NCBI GenBank assembly: GCA_038087875.1
Contig: CM075991.1
Location: 5,518,001-5,582,000 of the forward strand
Length of the DNA: 64,000 bases
Source of the DNA: Malacoraja senta
Taxonomy: Eukaryota
Reading direction: 5' to 3'
Within the stretch, counting starts at the first letter, position 1, and each line of letters opens with the position of its first letter. The position numbers and the translations under genes are program-made. The notes beneath the pieces are model-generated. The model saw only the letters and a program-made list of their open reading frames with translations. It was not told where the DNA came from and did not search any database. Shown piece by piece: positions 51,201 through 64,000 of the stretch.

Positions 51201-52799
51201 TCAGACTCACAATGGGAAAGCTTTGCTTAGGCACACTCTGGAGATAGAGGGGACATGGTAGTGCGTACAGGTAGGTTTTATTGGATTTCTCCCAATTTTC
51301 AGCATTATTAGTGGATATCATGACTAAATGAGTTAAGCCTTTTATATGCAAAGCAATTACTGTACTAATCACAGATAAGATCAAGATGTGAGAGGTGTTC
51401 TCTAGATTTGAATGGCCGAGTGTGCTGGAATCAGATCAGGACTATCACTTTATCAGAAAGGTAATGAGGGTGACCTTGAAATGGTTGCCTGTTGAAGGGA
51501 AGTAACATGGAAGCCATAATCCACTGACTTCAGAAAACGTTGGATGTATAAATAGGATAATAAACGAAAGACTGGAGAGGATTCGATAAACAGAAGACAT
51601 AAAATGGGATGAAATATCAATGAATAACGAGCAAAGTATCTCCCACATAGGATACTCATCCCATGAGTTACTATAGAGTAACCCATGAAAACATCAGGAT
51701 AATTGTTCACACATTCAATAGCTAAAAGGCAGTAGAATTAAGTAATTTAAGGCCAGTTTTGTAGAGGAGATAAAAAAAACATTAGTGTCGAAACAAGGAA
51801 CTGCAGATGCTGGTCAATTTACAAAAGGACACAAAGTGCTGGAGTAACTCAGCATGTCAGGCAGCATCTCTGGAGAACATGGATTGGTGACGTTTTGGGT
51901 TGGACTGGAAGGACTGCTGGGGTTCCAGGATGGAGACTTCCCTCATCCAGGGACCCCAGCAGTCTTCTAGACTGACCCGCTGAGTTACTCCAGCATTTTG
52001 TATATTTCCTAATTCCAAGCATTATTGAACCACTAGATTAGGTGTCATACAATATTGTGGAAAATGCCCTTGTTTTCCACAAGGAGGTAAATTCAATCTG
52101 ATAAAATTACACAAACACAACTAAAGCAAAAGAGAGAAAATGACTTACGGGGGTGGTGAAATGGTGGACCTTAGAGGATGTTTTTATTTGCCTACAGCAG
52201 TAGTGGCACAGTTATCAATCCCACCTTTTCAGGAAATGTGCACAGGATCTAAAGTAAGGAGCCATACATATCAAGGACCTATTTGCAAAGTTTCTAAATA
52301 AGTAACTTCTCTGCTTGTCCTGAATCATATAAACAGGGCCAAGACAGAGCAACCGTACATTTTTATTTCTATGGGGAGAAATAGAGACAATGATATAATG
52401 ACAGCCAGACCAACTGTTAATTACCTGGGGAAAGCATCTAAAGTTGGCACATATTTAAAACAGCTGTATTACACATATTGTTTTAACAATAATATTAGTT
52501 CTGGGGAAGGGAAAACAGTATGTGAAGGTAATTTAGCTTTGGTACGCATGGTAGAAGCAATTGAAGACCAACAAATTTGGGTAAAATGTGCTTTTGAATC
52601 ATCCGGAGCTTTCCCCTGTGCATAGTACCCAAATGATACAAAATACCACATAGATAATACTACCCACATACACAACAGGGGAAACCCATGTGGGAAAGTT
52701 TAATGCAGAACTGGCAGCATATGTGAGATTGTATGAAACCAGCCACTTTATAAGCATTAAAGAGTACTGTTGGCCAAACTAGAATAAACTATAAGAAGT

Positions 52800-53018
52800 G
52801 TTTAAGAAGGAACTGCAGATGCTGGAAAATCGAAGGTACACAAAAATGCTGGAGAAACTCAGCGGGTGCAGCAGCATCTATGGAGCGAAGGAAATAGGCA
52901 ACGTTTCAGGCCGAAACCCTTCTTCTGAGGAAGGGTTTCGGCCTGAAACATTGCCTATTTCCTTCGCTCCATAGATGCTGCTGCACCCGCTGAGTTTCTC
53001 CAGCATTTTTGTGTACCT
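52800..53018. mobile_element. Penelope terminal-repeat fold-back with near-perfect arms of about 90 bp
   Basis: About 52834-52923 is the reverse complement of about 52929-53018. Confidence 0.85.
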
Positions 53019-53976
53019 ATAAACGATAAGAACACAGCTATTATTGTGAATACAATGTGCATTTTGGGAACAAAAAAGCCGGAATAATTGCAAGGGCGCA
53101 TGACGAAGCTATCAAACCATAATAATGTTATAGTGGTCAATGAAAACATCTAAATAAATAAATTATGTTCAGTGTCCAAATAAGATACCAAACTCGATAG
53201 ATGGCCCGGTATTCACGTTATATCAAATTGCATCTTATCAGGCAATGAGAATTATTTAAACTTTTAACCAAGTTTAACCAAGGCATGGTTGAACCAGAAT
53301 AAGACAGACACCGAAGATGTACGAGTCAAATCAAATCAAATTGAGTTCATAATCATGTGCACCAGTATGGTGAGGTATGAGTACAATTAAAATCATGCTT
53401 GCAGCAGTCGCAGTTGCACACAGATTCAGACAACACACTTATATAGATATAGTGATATAGGAAACAGGAAACTAGTGATCTGTTAGCCTCTTGTCATTTA
53501 AATCAGCTCCATTTTAAAAAAAAAACACTTATCTTTCATAGCTATCTCTCTGCATTGAAATGAATAGTAACGCTTATTCAACTATACAAATCATGTTCAA
53601 TTGCCAGATTCCCCAGTTTAATGCTGATGAATTCCAGCAAATTCATGATCCGTGAAGAGTCCAACATTGGAGTGCAGTCAACAATGTTCTTCTGAAGAAT
53701 AGCCAATTTGTGCATATGTACAGGCATCCTGAAATTGATGGCATTTGGAGTGAATGCTGTTTGAATGCAGTCCTCCAACATCTTGCTACCTGTTGTACCC
53801 TCATAAAACTCTGAAAGAATGTATTATTTTATTCTGTACATCTTTTGTGAAATACATTTATCACAAGATATCTTTAGTCAAGCTGCAGTTTAAAATAAGC
53901 CACTTTCAAATGGGTTAATAAATGTGTTGAGTAAGCAAAATTACATGTGAAAATTACCATAAAACAAATGCATCAC

Positions 53977-56392
53977 TTCAAGATTCAAGATTCAAGAGAG
54001 TTTATTGTCATGTGTCCCAGATAGGACAATGAAATTCTTGCTTTGCTTCAGCACAACAGAATATAGTAGGCATAAATACAGATCAGTGTGTCCATATACC
54101 ATTGAATAAATATATACACACACAAATAAATAAACAGATAAAGTGCAATGAGTTATTAATGTTCAGAGTTTTGTATGAATTGAGTTTAGTAGCCTGATGG
54201 CTGTGGGGAAGTAGCTATTCCTGGACCTGGATGTTGCAGATTTCAGGCTCCTGTACCTTCTACCTGAGGGCAGCGGGGAGATGAGTGAGTGGCCAGGATG
54301 GTGTGGGTCTTTGATGAAGCTGGCAGCCTTTTTGAGGCAGCGGCTGCGGTAGATTCCCTCGATGGTAGAGAGGTCAGAGCCGATGATGGACTGGGCAGTG
54401 TGTACAACTTTTTGTAGTCATTTCCGCTCCTGGGCGCTCAAGTTGCCGAACCAAGCCACGATGCAACCGGTCAGCATGCTCTCCACTGTGTACCTGTAGA
54501 AGTTTGAGAGAGTCCTCCTTGACATACCGACTCAGGAAGTAGAGGCGCTGATAATTGCATCCGTGTTCTCGGAACAGGAGAGATCTTCAGAGATATGCAC
54601 GCCCAGGAATTTGAAGCTCTTGACCCTCTCCAGCATCAACCCGTTGATATAAACAGGACTATGGGTCCCCATCCTACCCCTTCCAAAGTCCACAATCAGT
54701 TCCTTGGTTTTGCTCGTGTTGAGAACCAGGTTATTATGCTGGCACTATTTGGTCAAACGGTCGATCCCATTTCTATACTCATCTCCATCAGTGATACATC
54801 CCACAACAGTGGTGTCGTTAGCGAACTTGATGATGGAGTTCGCACAATGACCTGCTACGCAGACATGAGTATAGAGTGAGTAAAGCAGGGGGCTAAGCAT
54901 GCAGCCTTGAGGTGCTCCCGTGCTGATTGTTATCGAGGCTGACACATTTCCACCAATACGAACAGACTGTGGTCTGTGAATGAGGAAGTCGAAGATCCAA
55001 TTGCAGAGGGATGCGCAGAGACCCAGTTCTGAGAGTTTGGTAACCAGCTTTGAGGGGATGATTGTGTTAAATGCCGAGCTGTAGTCAATGAATAACAGCC
55101 TGACATATGAGTTTTTGTTGTCCAAGTGGTCCAGAGCGGAGTGGAGAGCCAGTGAGATCGCATCCACCGTTGATCTGTTGTGGCAGTAAGCGAACTGCAG
55201 TGGGTCCAGGTTTTTGTCGAGGTAGGAATTGATTTGCTCCATGATCAACCTCTCAAAGCACTTCATCACCACCGACGTTAGTGCCACAGGTCGATAGTCA
55301 TTGAGGCACGTCACCTTGCTCTTCTTGGGCACCGGTATAATTGATGCCCTTTTAAAGCAGGTGGGAACCTCAGACCTCAGAAGTGAGAGGTTGAAAATGT
55401 CCGTAAAAACTCCAGCCAGTTGGTCCGCACAGGTTTTTAGAACACGACCGGGTATGTCATCAGGTCCAGGCGCTTTCTGAGGGTTCACCCCTCTGAAGGA
55501 TTTTCTGGTGTCGACCTCAGTGACTGTGACTGAAATACCATCACAGCGAATGGGGGCTTGAGAAGGCACATCAGTGTTCTCCCTATCAAAGCGTGCGTAA
55601 AACGCATTGAGCTCGTCAGGGAGTGATGTTTCGCCGACATTCGAGTTGCCTCCTGATTTCGCCTTGTAGGAGGTGATTGCATTCAGGCCCCACCACAGCT
55701 GCCGAACATCCGTCACATCCTCCAGCTTGGAGCGGAAGTCCCTTTTGGCCTTTTTGATGGCCTTACTAAGGTCGTATCTGGTCTTCTTGTAGTCCTCGGT
55801 ATCTTCAGACATGAATGCCCAGTGTCTGGACTTCAGAAGAGTGCAGATCTCATAGTTCATCCAAGGCTTCTGATTGGGAAACACTTGGAAGGTTTTTGTT
55901 GAGATGCAGTCCTCCACACATTTCCCCTGTAACGACTGTGGTGTATTCGTTCAGGTCCCTAGGCAGGAAGAAGCAGGAAGAATGGTCGGATTTACCGAAG
56001 TGAGGGCGAGGGTAGAGCGATAGGCATCCTTGATGGCGGTGTAGCAGTGGTCGAGGGTGTTTGGTCCTCTGGTGCAGCAGGAAACATGTTGGTGGAAGTT
56101 AGGGAGCGATTTCTTGAGGTTTGCTTTGTTGAAGTCCCCAGCTTTGGTGGTAAACGCCTCGGGGTAAGACGTCTGGTGTTTGTTGACCACGGCGTGCAGC
56201 TCCTCCAGTGCCAGACGGACGTCTGCTTGGGTTGAGATGTAGACCGCGGTCCGGATGATGGAGGTGAATTTCCTCGGAAGGTAGGATGGGCGGCACTTCA
56301 ACGCCAGATGTTCGAGGTGTGGAGAGCAGGAGTTGGACAGGACTGGCACGTCTGAGCACCACGCAGAGTTGACCATGAGGCAGACGCCCCTT
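53977..56392 (-). mobile_element. Rex1/Babar-type LINE with APE endonuclease and RT, frameshifted
   Basis: AGDFNKANL...TRGPNTLDHCY (APE); 390-aa RT frame 54745-55917 closely matching 5907-6767; tail (tcttgaa)n. Confidence 0.92.
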
Positions 56393-56998
56393 CCACTTTA
56401 ACTTGGTTTGGATAAAAAGGTTTTCTAGATATAACCTTGATGCCAGTGTATTGATGATAAAGATAATACTGATGGGATATTTCTATTTGCTTCAATGATA
56501 AAAATGCACCTACTTCAAGGTCCAATTAAATCTATAAATAAGCAAATTAATGCAGTCAAACTATGAAACAGTGGTATTTTGTAGGTGCTCTGCTTACCCA
56601 GTGATGTGGAATGCTGGACAATTACTTGGTTTGATGTAAAAAAAAGTCATCTTTATTACCTCTTTTTTAATCAATTCCAGCAAATGTTATTGTTCCAAAA
56701 GCTTCCCAAGACAATGCTCATTCAAATTTGCCCACCTCCTCAGAAGTTTTGGCTCCACTTGGCAATATCGATTTAATGCAAATGCATCACAAGGGCTTAT
56801 AGCCAGCTTTGCAACTAAGGTCTTTGATGCAGATAAGTATCCCACTCTTTCAAAATCCAGTCAGAATTATTAAAATCTTTTGTGTTGTGGAGTTCTGCAA
56901 ACACCTTACACATCCACATTTTTAATAACTGGTGAAGATACTGTCACCTCCGGAACAAAAATAAAATTTTGCCCCTCACCTTTCTTTAATAGACTTAC

Positions 56999-57115
56999 TT
57001 AAGGACTTTGCTTCGTGTTCATCCAGTGAAATGCTTCTGCTGACTGGTTGCTCATAAAGGAAGAACTGGTAACGGTGGTAGCCTGTGCCAGATGGAGGGG
57101 TGGGAGGCCTATACG
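56999..57115 (-). CDS. PEBP4: Internal coding exon of a phosphatidylethanolamine-binding protein, probably PEBP4
   Basis: cag|CG TAT AGG CCT...TCC TTA A|gtaagt; 117 bp, phase 1-1; YRPPTPPSGTGYHRYQFFLYEQPVSRSISLDEHEAKSL carries the PEBP PxPPxGxGxHRY motif and resembles the PEBP4 penultimate exon as recalled. Family is more certain than paralog. Confidence 0.8.
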   Translation of the reverse strand, partial: RIGLPPLHLAQATTVTSSSFMSNQSAEAFHWMNTKQSP

Positions 57116-57809
57116 CTGTGATACAATGAAACAAAATTAAAGTCATAAAAAATAACACTAAAAGGGTTCCTTCACCCAAAAAGCAATTGCGCAACTTATC
57201 TTGTAAATTAGATATATTTATCAAACACATCCCTTATCTCAAATGTGTATGGCATTTACTCTGCACTATGGTAATCAGCAGAAAAGATAAAATCAAATGG
57301 TTCAGAATTTGTTCATATTTTAATGTGAAATCAATACACATTGTGAATATAAACAATACAAAACTGTGTTTTAGTGATATGGGAGAAGACTGAGAACTTA
57401 GCTTTAGGAAAAGAAAGCAACATAAAAATACTGAAATTGATAGTCATTCTATAAAACCCAGAGCCATTACAAATCATATTGTGCTCAAACCAGTCTTGCA
57501 ATATATAAAGACAGTGGCCTTAGTCCACTGAATCTCTTAATTTGATATTTATGAGATTTCTTCTAAAATAACATTGCAAGCCATTTTGTTGGCTTTCACA
57601 TTTATGCGTTAACTCAATGCTCAACACATTTGTTGCGTCTAAATTTTATTTTTCAAAACAATTCCATGCTTTATTTTTTGGAGATATCTGTACATTAATT
57701 TACTGTAAATGGTGTAATACAAAAAGGTCATTCAATAAAACCAATCCTTGCCACTGGCATCATTCACCCTTCATCCGAGCCACAGCTTTTGTCATTCCAA
57801 ATCTTAGAC

Positions 57810-58550
57810 TCATCGAGTCACACAGCAGAGAAATAGGCTCTTCAGCCCTTCATAGCGATGCCAACCATCACATTTATCTTTATTCATTAATATTTGTGTA
57901 TGTTCAGTATCCTTCCATGTCTTGGTGATACAAGTGCATAAACAGATACTTATTAACTATCATAGGCGTGACTACCTGTTTTCACCATCCATGTTTAGAT
58001 CTATGGCCTCTGGTCTAAGAAACCTCTGAATTTAGAAAGGTTCCTATTTACCCAGTTAATGCTTTTTACAATTTTGCATATCTCAATCAAATTCCTTCTC
58101 AGCCTCCTCTGCTCCAAGAAAAACAATTCCAGCCTATCCAGTCTTTCTTCTTAAATGATCCACCACAGGCAACATCAAGGTAAATCTCCTCTGCACCCTC
58201 TCCAGTACATTCACAAGTTTTATAACATTGGATGAAAAACTCTGAAGCTTTTAAATTTGCTGTGCCAGCTAATGAGAACAAGCATCTTGTGTACCTTCTT
58301 CAGCGGTGCTTCCACCTTTAGGGATCTGTTGTCATGTACACCAAGGTTCTTTTGTTCCTTAGTACTCCGGCCCTTATCGGACCTTCTAAATTGTACCATC
58401 TCACACTTATTTGGATTAAATTCTATCTGCCATTAATCTGCCCAATTTACAACTGATCAGTACTGCTTTGAAACATGACAATCACCCTGACTATCAAAAT
58501 AATGTTAATTTTCATTTCATCTGCACACTTACTCATCATGCCTCCCACAT
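57810..58550 (-). mobile_element. Old CR1 LINE fragment
   Basis: Antisense CR1 text (cctcctctgctccaagaaaaac...aatctcctctgcaccctctccag). Confidence 0.65.
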
Positions 58551-59309
58551 TTTCAACAATTTGAAGTGGTTTCACAAATTGACTATTCGAGACATCTTGA
58601 ATGATAAATCAACATTTGCAACATGATGGAGACAGATGTACTTGGTGACCATCAAATTCTACAGTGCAGCATCTCTGGAAGACATGGATATGCAATGTTT
58701 CAGGTAGGACCCTTCATCAGACTATTTCTAGTAAGGGGACCAGAAAGCTGAGGGGGGGAGCTGGGAGAAGAATAAGGCCATCAGTCAATAGTCTATCCCC
58801 TGAGATGGAGACAGAGAGATCAAGAAAGGGGACAAGGCATCAGAGATAGTCTGAGTGAATTTGAGGGCAGGGTGGAAGTTAGTGATGTGTCGTAGTTAGT
58901 GGAGGTTAGACCTCATCTATAATCATTTTGTGATCCTGCAAAGAAACGATCAGTTTAAAACGTTGTGATTATGTCCAAATACTGTACAACAATATCACAA
59001 TTGCTTGCTTTCAGTCAAACTGATCGTTGTTTAACTCTGAATTTCATTGCCAGCAGGCAGCAGATGCACTTTAAAAAACATGCTCACTGCGAGAAAAATG
59101 ACTGCAATTTCCATGCAACATCACTTTTCATCCCACAGTTCATTAAACTCCACCTTGTATTGAAATGGCCAACTACATAAAGACAACAGCTTTACAGAAC
59201 TAAATAATGTACTGAAGTAAATCCAAGTACTGCATGTTTATTCAACATTGTTTGGAGTAACTTATTCCAAGTATCTGAAACTTGACATAAAATCGATGAA
59301 CATCCAGGA

Positions 59310-59890
59310 ACGCTGAGGCCCTATACAAGGGACAGAGCCAGCAGTACTTTTTGAGAAGGCTCTGCTCTTTCAACGTCTGCTGCAGATGTTCTTCCGATCG
59401 GTGGTAGCCAGTGCCATCTTCTTCGTTGCCGTGTGCTGGAGCAGCAGGGCGAAGCCTGTGGACGGCAATAGGATCAACAAACTCATCAGGAGGGCTGGCT
59501 CCGTCCTGGGGGTGGAGTTGGATTCATGGGAGGTGGTCTTGGAGGGAAGGATGCTCTCAAACTGCGGAGCATCCTGGGTAATACAGCTCACCCCCTCCAT
59601 GACACACTGGTCAACCTGAGGAGCACCTTCAGCAACAGACTGGTTCCGCCAAGATGCAGGACAAACACCACAGGAGATCCTTCTTCCCTATGGCCATCAA
59701 ACTGTACAACTCCTCCCTTTTCTCTCGTGTGGTCGACTGAGACTGACTCCCCCACCCTACCCACCAATCGTTGCACATCCCCCCAAGCCTTTCCACTCAT
59801 CACTTTAATTTCATATTCCATGTATTTTGTGTTTTGTGTATTTTGTGTTTTTATGACTGTTGGCGGATCCATTTCGCTTCTGGGATAAAT
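59310..59890 (+). mobile_element. Rex1-type LINE 3' fragment
   Basis: FLRRLCSFNV, MFFRSVVASAIFFVAVCW...INKLIRRAGSVLG, ILGNTAHPLH. Confidence 0.85.
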
Positions 59891-62611
59891 TTTCGAATGA
59901 ACATATTCACGTAACAGGACTGCGCTGGGCCTATTCCATGGTGAGAATACAGAGCGTTGATCTCTCATTTGCTCTGCTTGCACTTTGAGACATGCCACAT
60001 AGGATGGATAGTGTTGCTGCTCATTGCATGGATGTGACTTGAAGAGTTAATGCTGAATTTACACTGTATGCAAAATAAAGTTTTGGTTGCTAGACAAGTT
60101 ATTGTTCACATTTGTGCAATTTCTTTATAACTGCAATTCATTGTAAGCTTTGTGCAGTTTCTCTGCCAACTATTTGTATTTTTCAAACATACAAGAATAT
60201 CAGTATTACATAAGGGCGCTCTTACATTGCTTACATAGCAATTTGTGTGCCAAATGGACTATTTAATATGCAATGCCATGAACACAAAGCACATCACCAA
60301 AACAAAGCATTCGAATGCTTGCTGTTTGCAAACCTGCGTTAAAAAAACCAGCAACAGAATTCTAACCACTTCCACGTCACATTCGATGGCAATCCCATCC
60401 CTGTTGTCAAATCCTGGGTGATGACATAAGTGGTCCAGTTCTAAAATTCTATGGCTATAAACATATCACAGGGGCCAAGCCTTCTGCAACATACCTCCCC
60501 ACTGCCAAAGGTCTGCTACCATTAACGAGGTATGTTATGAGTGATTGACCCTGCCAGGAGAGGGGAGCTCTAATATCACCCAGAAAGTCTGGTACAAAGC
60601 AGTGACTTTGCTTAATAAATTATCCATCTCCATGAGCACTTCCATTTTCTATCAATGATGTAGCAAGGCTGGAACAAGCTGGCACTGTAAGGCAGCAATG
60701 CTACCGCTGTGCCACTGTATCACCCTATCCTGCATTGGTATTCTGCACACCTTTGCTTCTCCATATTATCAGTGGCTCAGGAACCATAACGGTCAGATTC
60801 AGAAAGCACCACATCACATTGAGCAGTGGCAATCTCAGCTGTTTGGTTCATTGGCTGAGAGGGAACAATAAGATTACAAAAGCTGTAGTCAGAGTGAGGG
60901 GAGATGATTTTCTTTCAGTTATTATGACTTTTCCAGTGGAGCAACTCTGAGCAAATGTGCAAAGGGGTAAAATGCCTTGCCACCCTAAAAGCTATTTAAA
61001 TAATTGTATGCTGAACTAAAGCACCATTGATTTGTCATGTCCATTGTCTGTTGTGTCCATTGTCTGTTCCCCTTTTCACCATTCCATTTCAAAGATGAAT
61101 TTTATTGTTGCTCCAATGGAAGCTCAGACCTTGAACACCAGCCACCATCAAATGATTCAGTTTGAAAGTATTGAAGTAGAACTGGCTGTCAGTTTCACAG
61201 AAAATATGGGCTTCACTTAAAGCTTCTAGCATAGTTGGGACTGGTTCGACTGAGGGAGAACAAAAATGTCGACATGACCCATGCCATGACAGGCATCGAC
61301 AACTGGGCTGACCACTGCTTTATTCACGTTCTTCATTTCAACAACATGGCCCAGAACATCGACATAATCAGGTGGTGCTGTAAGAAGCTCTCAAGGACAC
61401 CACAAAAGCAGCTCTGTTTAGACAGAGCCTCACAAACAACTCATCAACTCCCTGTCCCTCCTCAAAAACTCCATTAAATTACTGAGACAGGATCTTCCCC
61501 ACAAAATGTGTCCTATGACACTTAACACCTTAATACTGACAAGTTCCAGATTATCCACATATTCCTCCCTGAAATCACTATTTTCCATATCCTTCTCCTT
61601 GGTGAATACAGATGAGAAGTCTTAATTTCGGATCCCGCTTACATCCATGGGTCCACACACAGATTACTCCCTTGGTTCTGAAGGGGACCCACTCTTTTCC
61701 ACTTGTATTTTTGAATACTTTCTAGTGCAGTGTAATTTGTGTGGATTGCCTGTTGGAACTACACATTAGGTGTTAAGGTTTGACCTCCAGAATCAACAAA
61801 GGAGGCAAGCTATTCCATTGAAGCATTGCATTTCCCTGTCATCTCTTTCAGAGACTTCACTTGCATGAGTAAAATTTACACATAATCTTTTGCTGGAAAC
61901 ACAGAGCAAAGTTTTCTATCCAGTGTAATGCAAGCTTGTATGTTACCATCTCCATCCGATTACTTCAACTATCCGTGCCTACCACTCATAAGAATGTTTT
62001 CATCTTAGAACTCCAGTCTATTATTATCTACATCTAACTTTTCTAAGTCAAATGAAACCCCCTGCACATGTGCTTCTTCTAAAAAGTATTACTTCAGGGG
62101 CAGGCCCCTGCATAAGGGGAAGAAATTCACTGACTCAGATGACCACATAAGGTTGAAACTCACTGCCCCCAATCACTTTATGCACATCAGTCAGAAAACA
62201 TTTCACCCTGTACCAGTTTCATCTCATTGTTGAAGGAGAATGCCGATGTCCTTTTGACCTCTGCACATATTGAACAAAATAGTCTACAGTATGCCCATTC
62301 TTACGTGCATAAAATAAATAAAAACTGAAGGTTACACAGTCTATCGCAACAAGCAGTATTGTATTTTTTTAAGTGTCCCTCATCACTACATCTAAGCAAT
62401 TTACTGAAGTGTTTAGGCGAGAATTATTTTGAGATAAGGTTTTAATTAACATACAGTAAATCCCAGAACATTGAAGTGAAGGAAAACTTAACAACTGTAG
62501 AATGTTATGAGCTATTCAACATGTTCAGTCTTATTGGCAATTTTACAACTTGTCTTGCTGGCCTTTTAAATAATCGATTCATCCCCTTTCGCTGCAGTCA
62601 GAAAAGCGTCA

Positions 62612-62840
62612 CGGATGGTACAGTAGTGAAGCAGGAGAGTTGCTGCCTAACAGTGCCAGAGACCCAGGTTCGATCCTGGCTACGGGGTGCTGTCTGTACG
62701 GAGTTTGTACGTTCTCCCTGTGACCATGTGGTTTTCTCCAGGTGCTCCAGTTTCCGTCCACATTTCAGGGACGTGCAGGTTTGTAGGTTAATTGGTTTCT
62801 ATAAACTGTCCCTACCGTGTAAGATAGAATTAGTGTACAG
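62612..62840 (+). mobile_element. tRNA-derived SINE (HE1/V-SINE-like)
   Basis: B-box ggttcgatcc and core tgtctgtacggagtttgtacgttctccc. Confidence 0.8.
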
Positions 62841-63184
62841 CTGTTCATTTAGCATCTGAATGTGTAGGCAGGTGTCCAGTTCATGAATGGTGATTAAACT
62901 ATGAAACTAGGTGTTGTGCACTCAAAATATGTGCAGATTGAATAGAAAATGATATCAGTGTGAAATGGCAAGAGTTGAATGTGCATTATTGGTTTTGTGC
63001 ACATTTCAATGTAAATTCATTTTCAAGCCAACATTTGAAACATAAAAATTCATCTCCATGCCTTTTCTATGAGGAGTCCTCACCACCCTGTGATAACCCT
63101 TTCTCCCATCTCCAATGGTCTTCCTGCTCTTGAACTCCCCCGGATGGCCTTCTATCTACCCTCTTTAGACCTTTTCTATAACCA

Positions 63185-63315
63185 GTGTGAAGAAGGATCT
63201 CAACTGGAAACATCACCCATCCATTTTCTCCAGAGATGCTGCCTGACCCATCATGTTACTCCAGCACTTTGTGTCTATCTTCGGTATACTAGCATCTGGA
63301 GTTCCTTTCTACACA
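63185..63315 (+). mobile_element. Diverged Penelope terminal repeat
   Basis: gtgaagaaggatctcaactggaaacatcacc...agatgctgcctgaccc...ccagcactttgtgtctatc. Confidence 0.65.
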
Positions 63316-64000
63316 TTTAAAACATTTCTGCAGGACAGATTTTTTTTTGTATTATCTGAAGATTTATACATGTTTGGTGAGTAAACAGCTTTCTCTCCAT
63401 ATTTTTGAAATCTCTTTTTCTCTTCAGCTTTCCCTCATTACCCATTTTTAATCTTGCCGCTGGTTTGTTTCTTCCTTACTGGGCCAGGTAGATGTGCAAT
63501 ACTGCTGTCATGATTAAACCATTTCTCATCTCATTAAATGAGAATTTGTTCCCAGCCAATAGTTTAGAGAGGCTAATAACATCAACAAAACCATGGCAGT
63601 TTTCTGCTCAGTTAACTCATTTACAGGCAAATGATGATCTGCTGATTTCTCCCCTTAATTCCTAAAGAGTGAAATGCAAGCTTCTTGGCAATGACGGAGC
63701 CTCGTTAGCAAGTCTCGTTATGATGTCGTTTTGTGCTGGGGTATCTTGTGGTCTGAGCGCTGCTGAATGGAGCAAAGAAATTTAGTGGTGCTTGTGAAAT
63801 ACCAGGAACTGCTCTGGATCTTAGCGGTAACACTATATCCTTCCACAGTCTGTAAGCCTGTTGACATCTTTGTTTATCTCTAGCTGCCATCATCTTAAAA
63901 AATGCCTTTAAAATTCATTCAAATAGAATCCATTTGAGCTGAAACAATAAAAAATTAGTAAGTAGTGTACGAGAAGCTTCTGTTGAGGCTCAACGAAAAT

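Larger units (their letters stand above)
48440..51700 (+). mobile_element. Decayed endogenous retrovirus-like pro-pol (PR, RT, RNase H, IN)
   Basis: VTVEGKPVD (protease start); SQIWPVR, DYRLPNK, QYIWTCLPQGFHN, HYVDGLLL (RT); CVDGS, HLSAQQAELAA, ICSDSMFVCNSLT (RNase H); ICCNCLISA, VDIMTK*VKPF, EVFSRFEWPSVLESDQDYHF (IN). Many stops and nested insertions. Confidence 0.85.

Noticed and set aside
63600..63680. Possible upstream PEBP4 exon after a ctctttag acceptor
   Set aside because: Translation does not resemble the expected short exon and the donor is weak.

Overview
Eukaryotic, repeat-dense, non-coding-dominated DNA. The repeat families (HE1/V-SINE-like tRNA SINEs, CR1, Rex1/Babar, L2, L1, RTE, Penelope, Deu-domain SINEs) point to a cartilaginous fish, probably a skate or ray; this is inference, not a database result. 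The only well-supported host coding sequence is one 117-bp minus-strand exon of a PEBP-family gene, probably PEBP4 (56999-57115). Most ORFs in the supplied track are transposon fragments or chance. Three things stand out. (1) Two copies of the 3' end of a HERO/NeSL-like non-LTR element (369-501, 2318-2455) contain all hammerhead-ribozyme core motifs in register, but in a non-canonical strand order, with a consensus kink-turn in stem III. (2) A decayed retrovirus-like pro-pol (about 48.4-51.7 kb) has retroviral-type RT, RNase H and integrase motifs. (3) Many Penelope terminal-repeat fold-backs carry minimal hammerhead motifs and long target-site duplications. Family names come from motif recognition by eye and many repeat boundaries are approximate.
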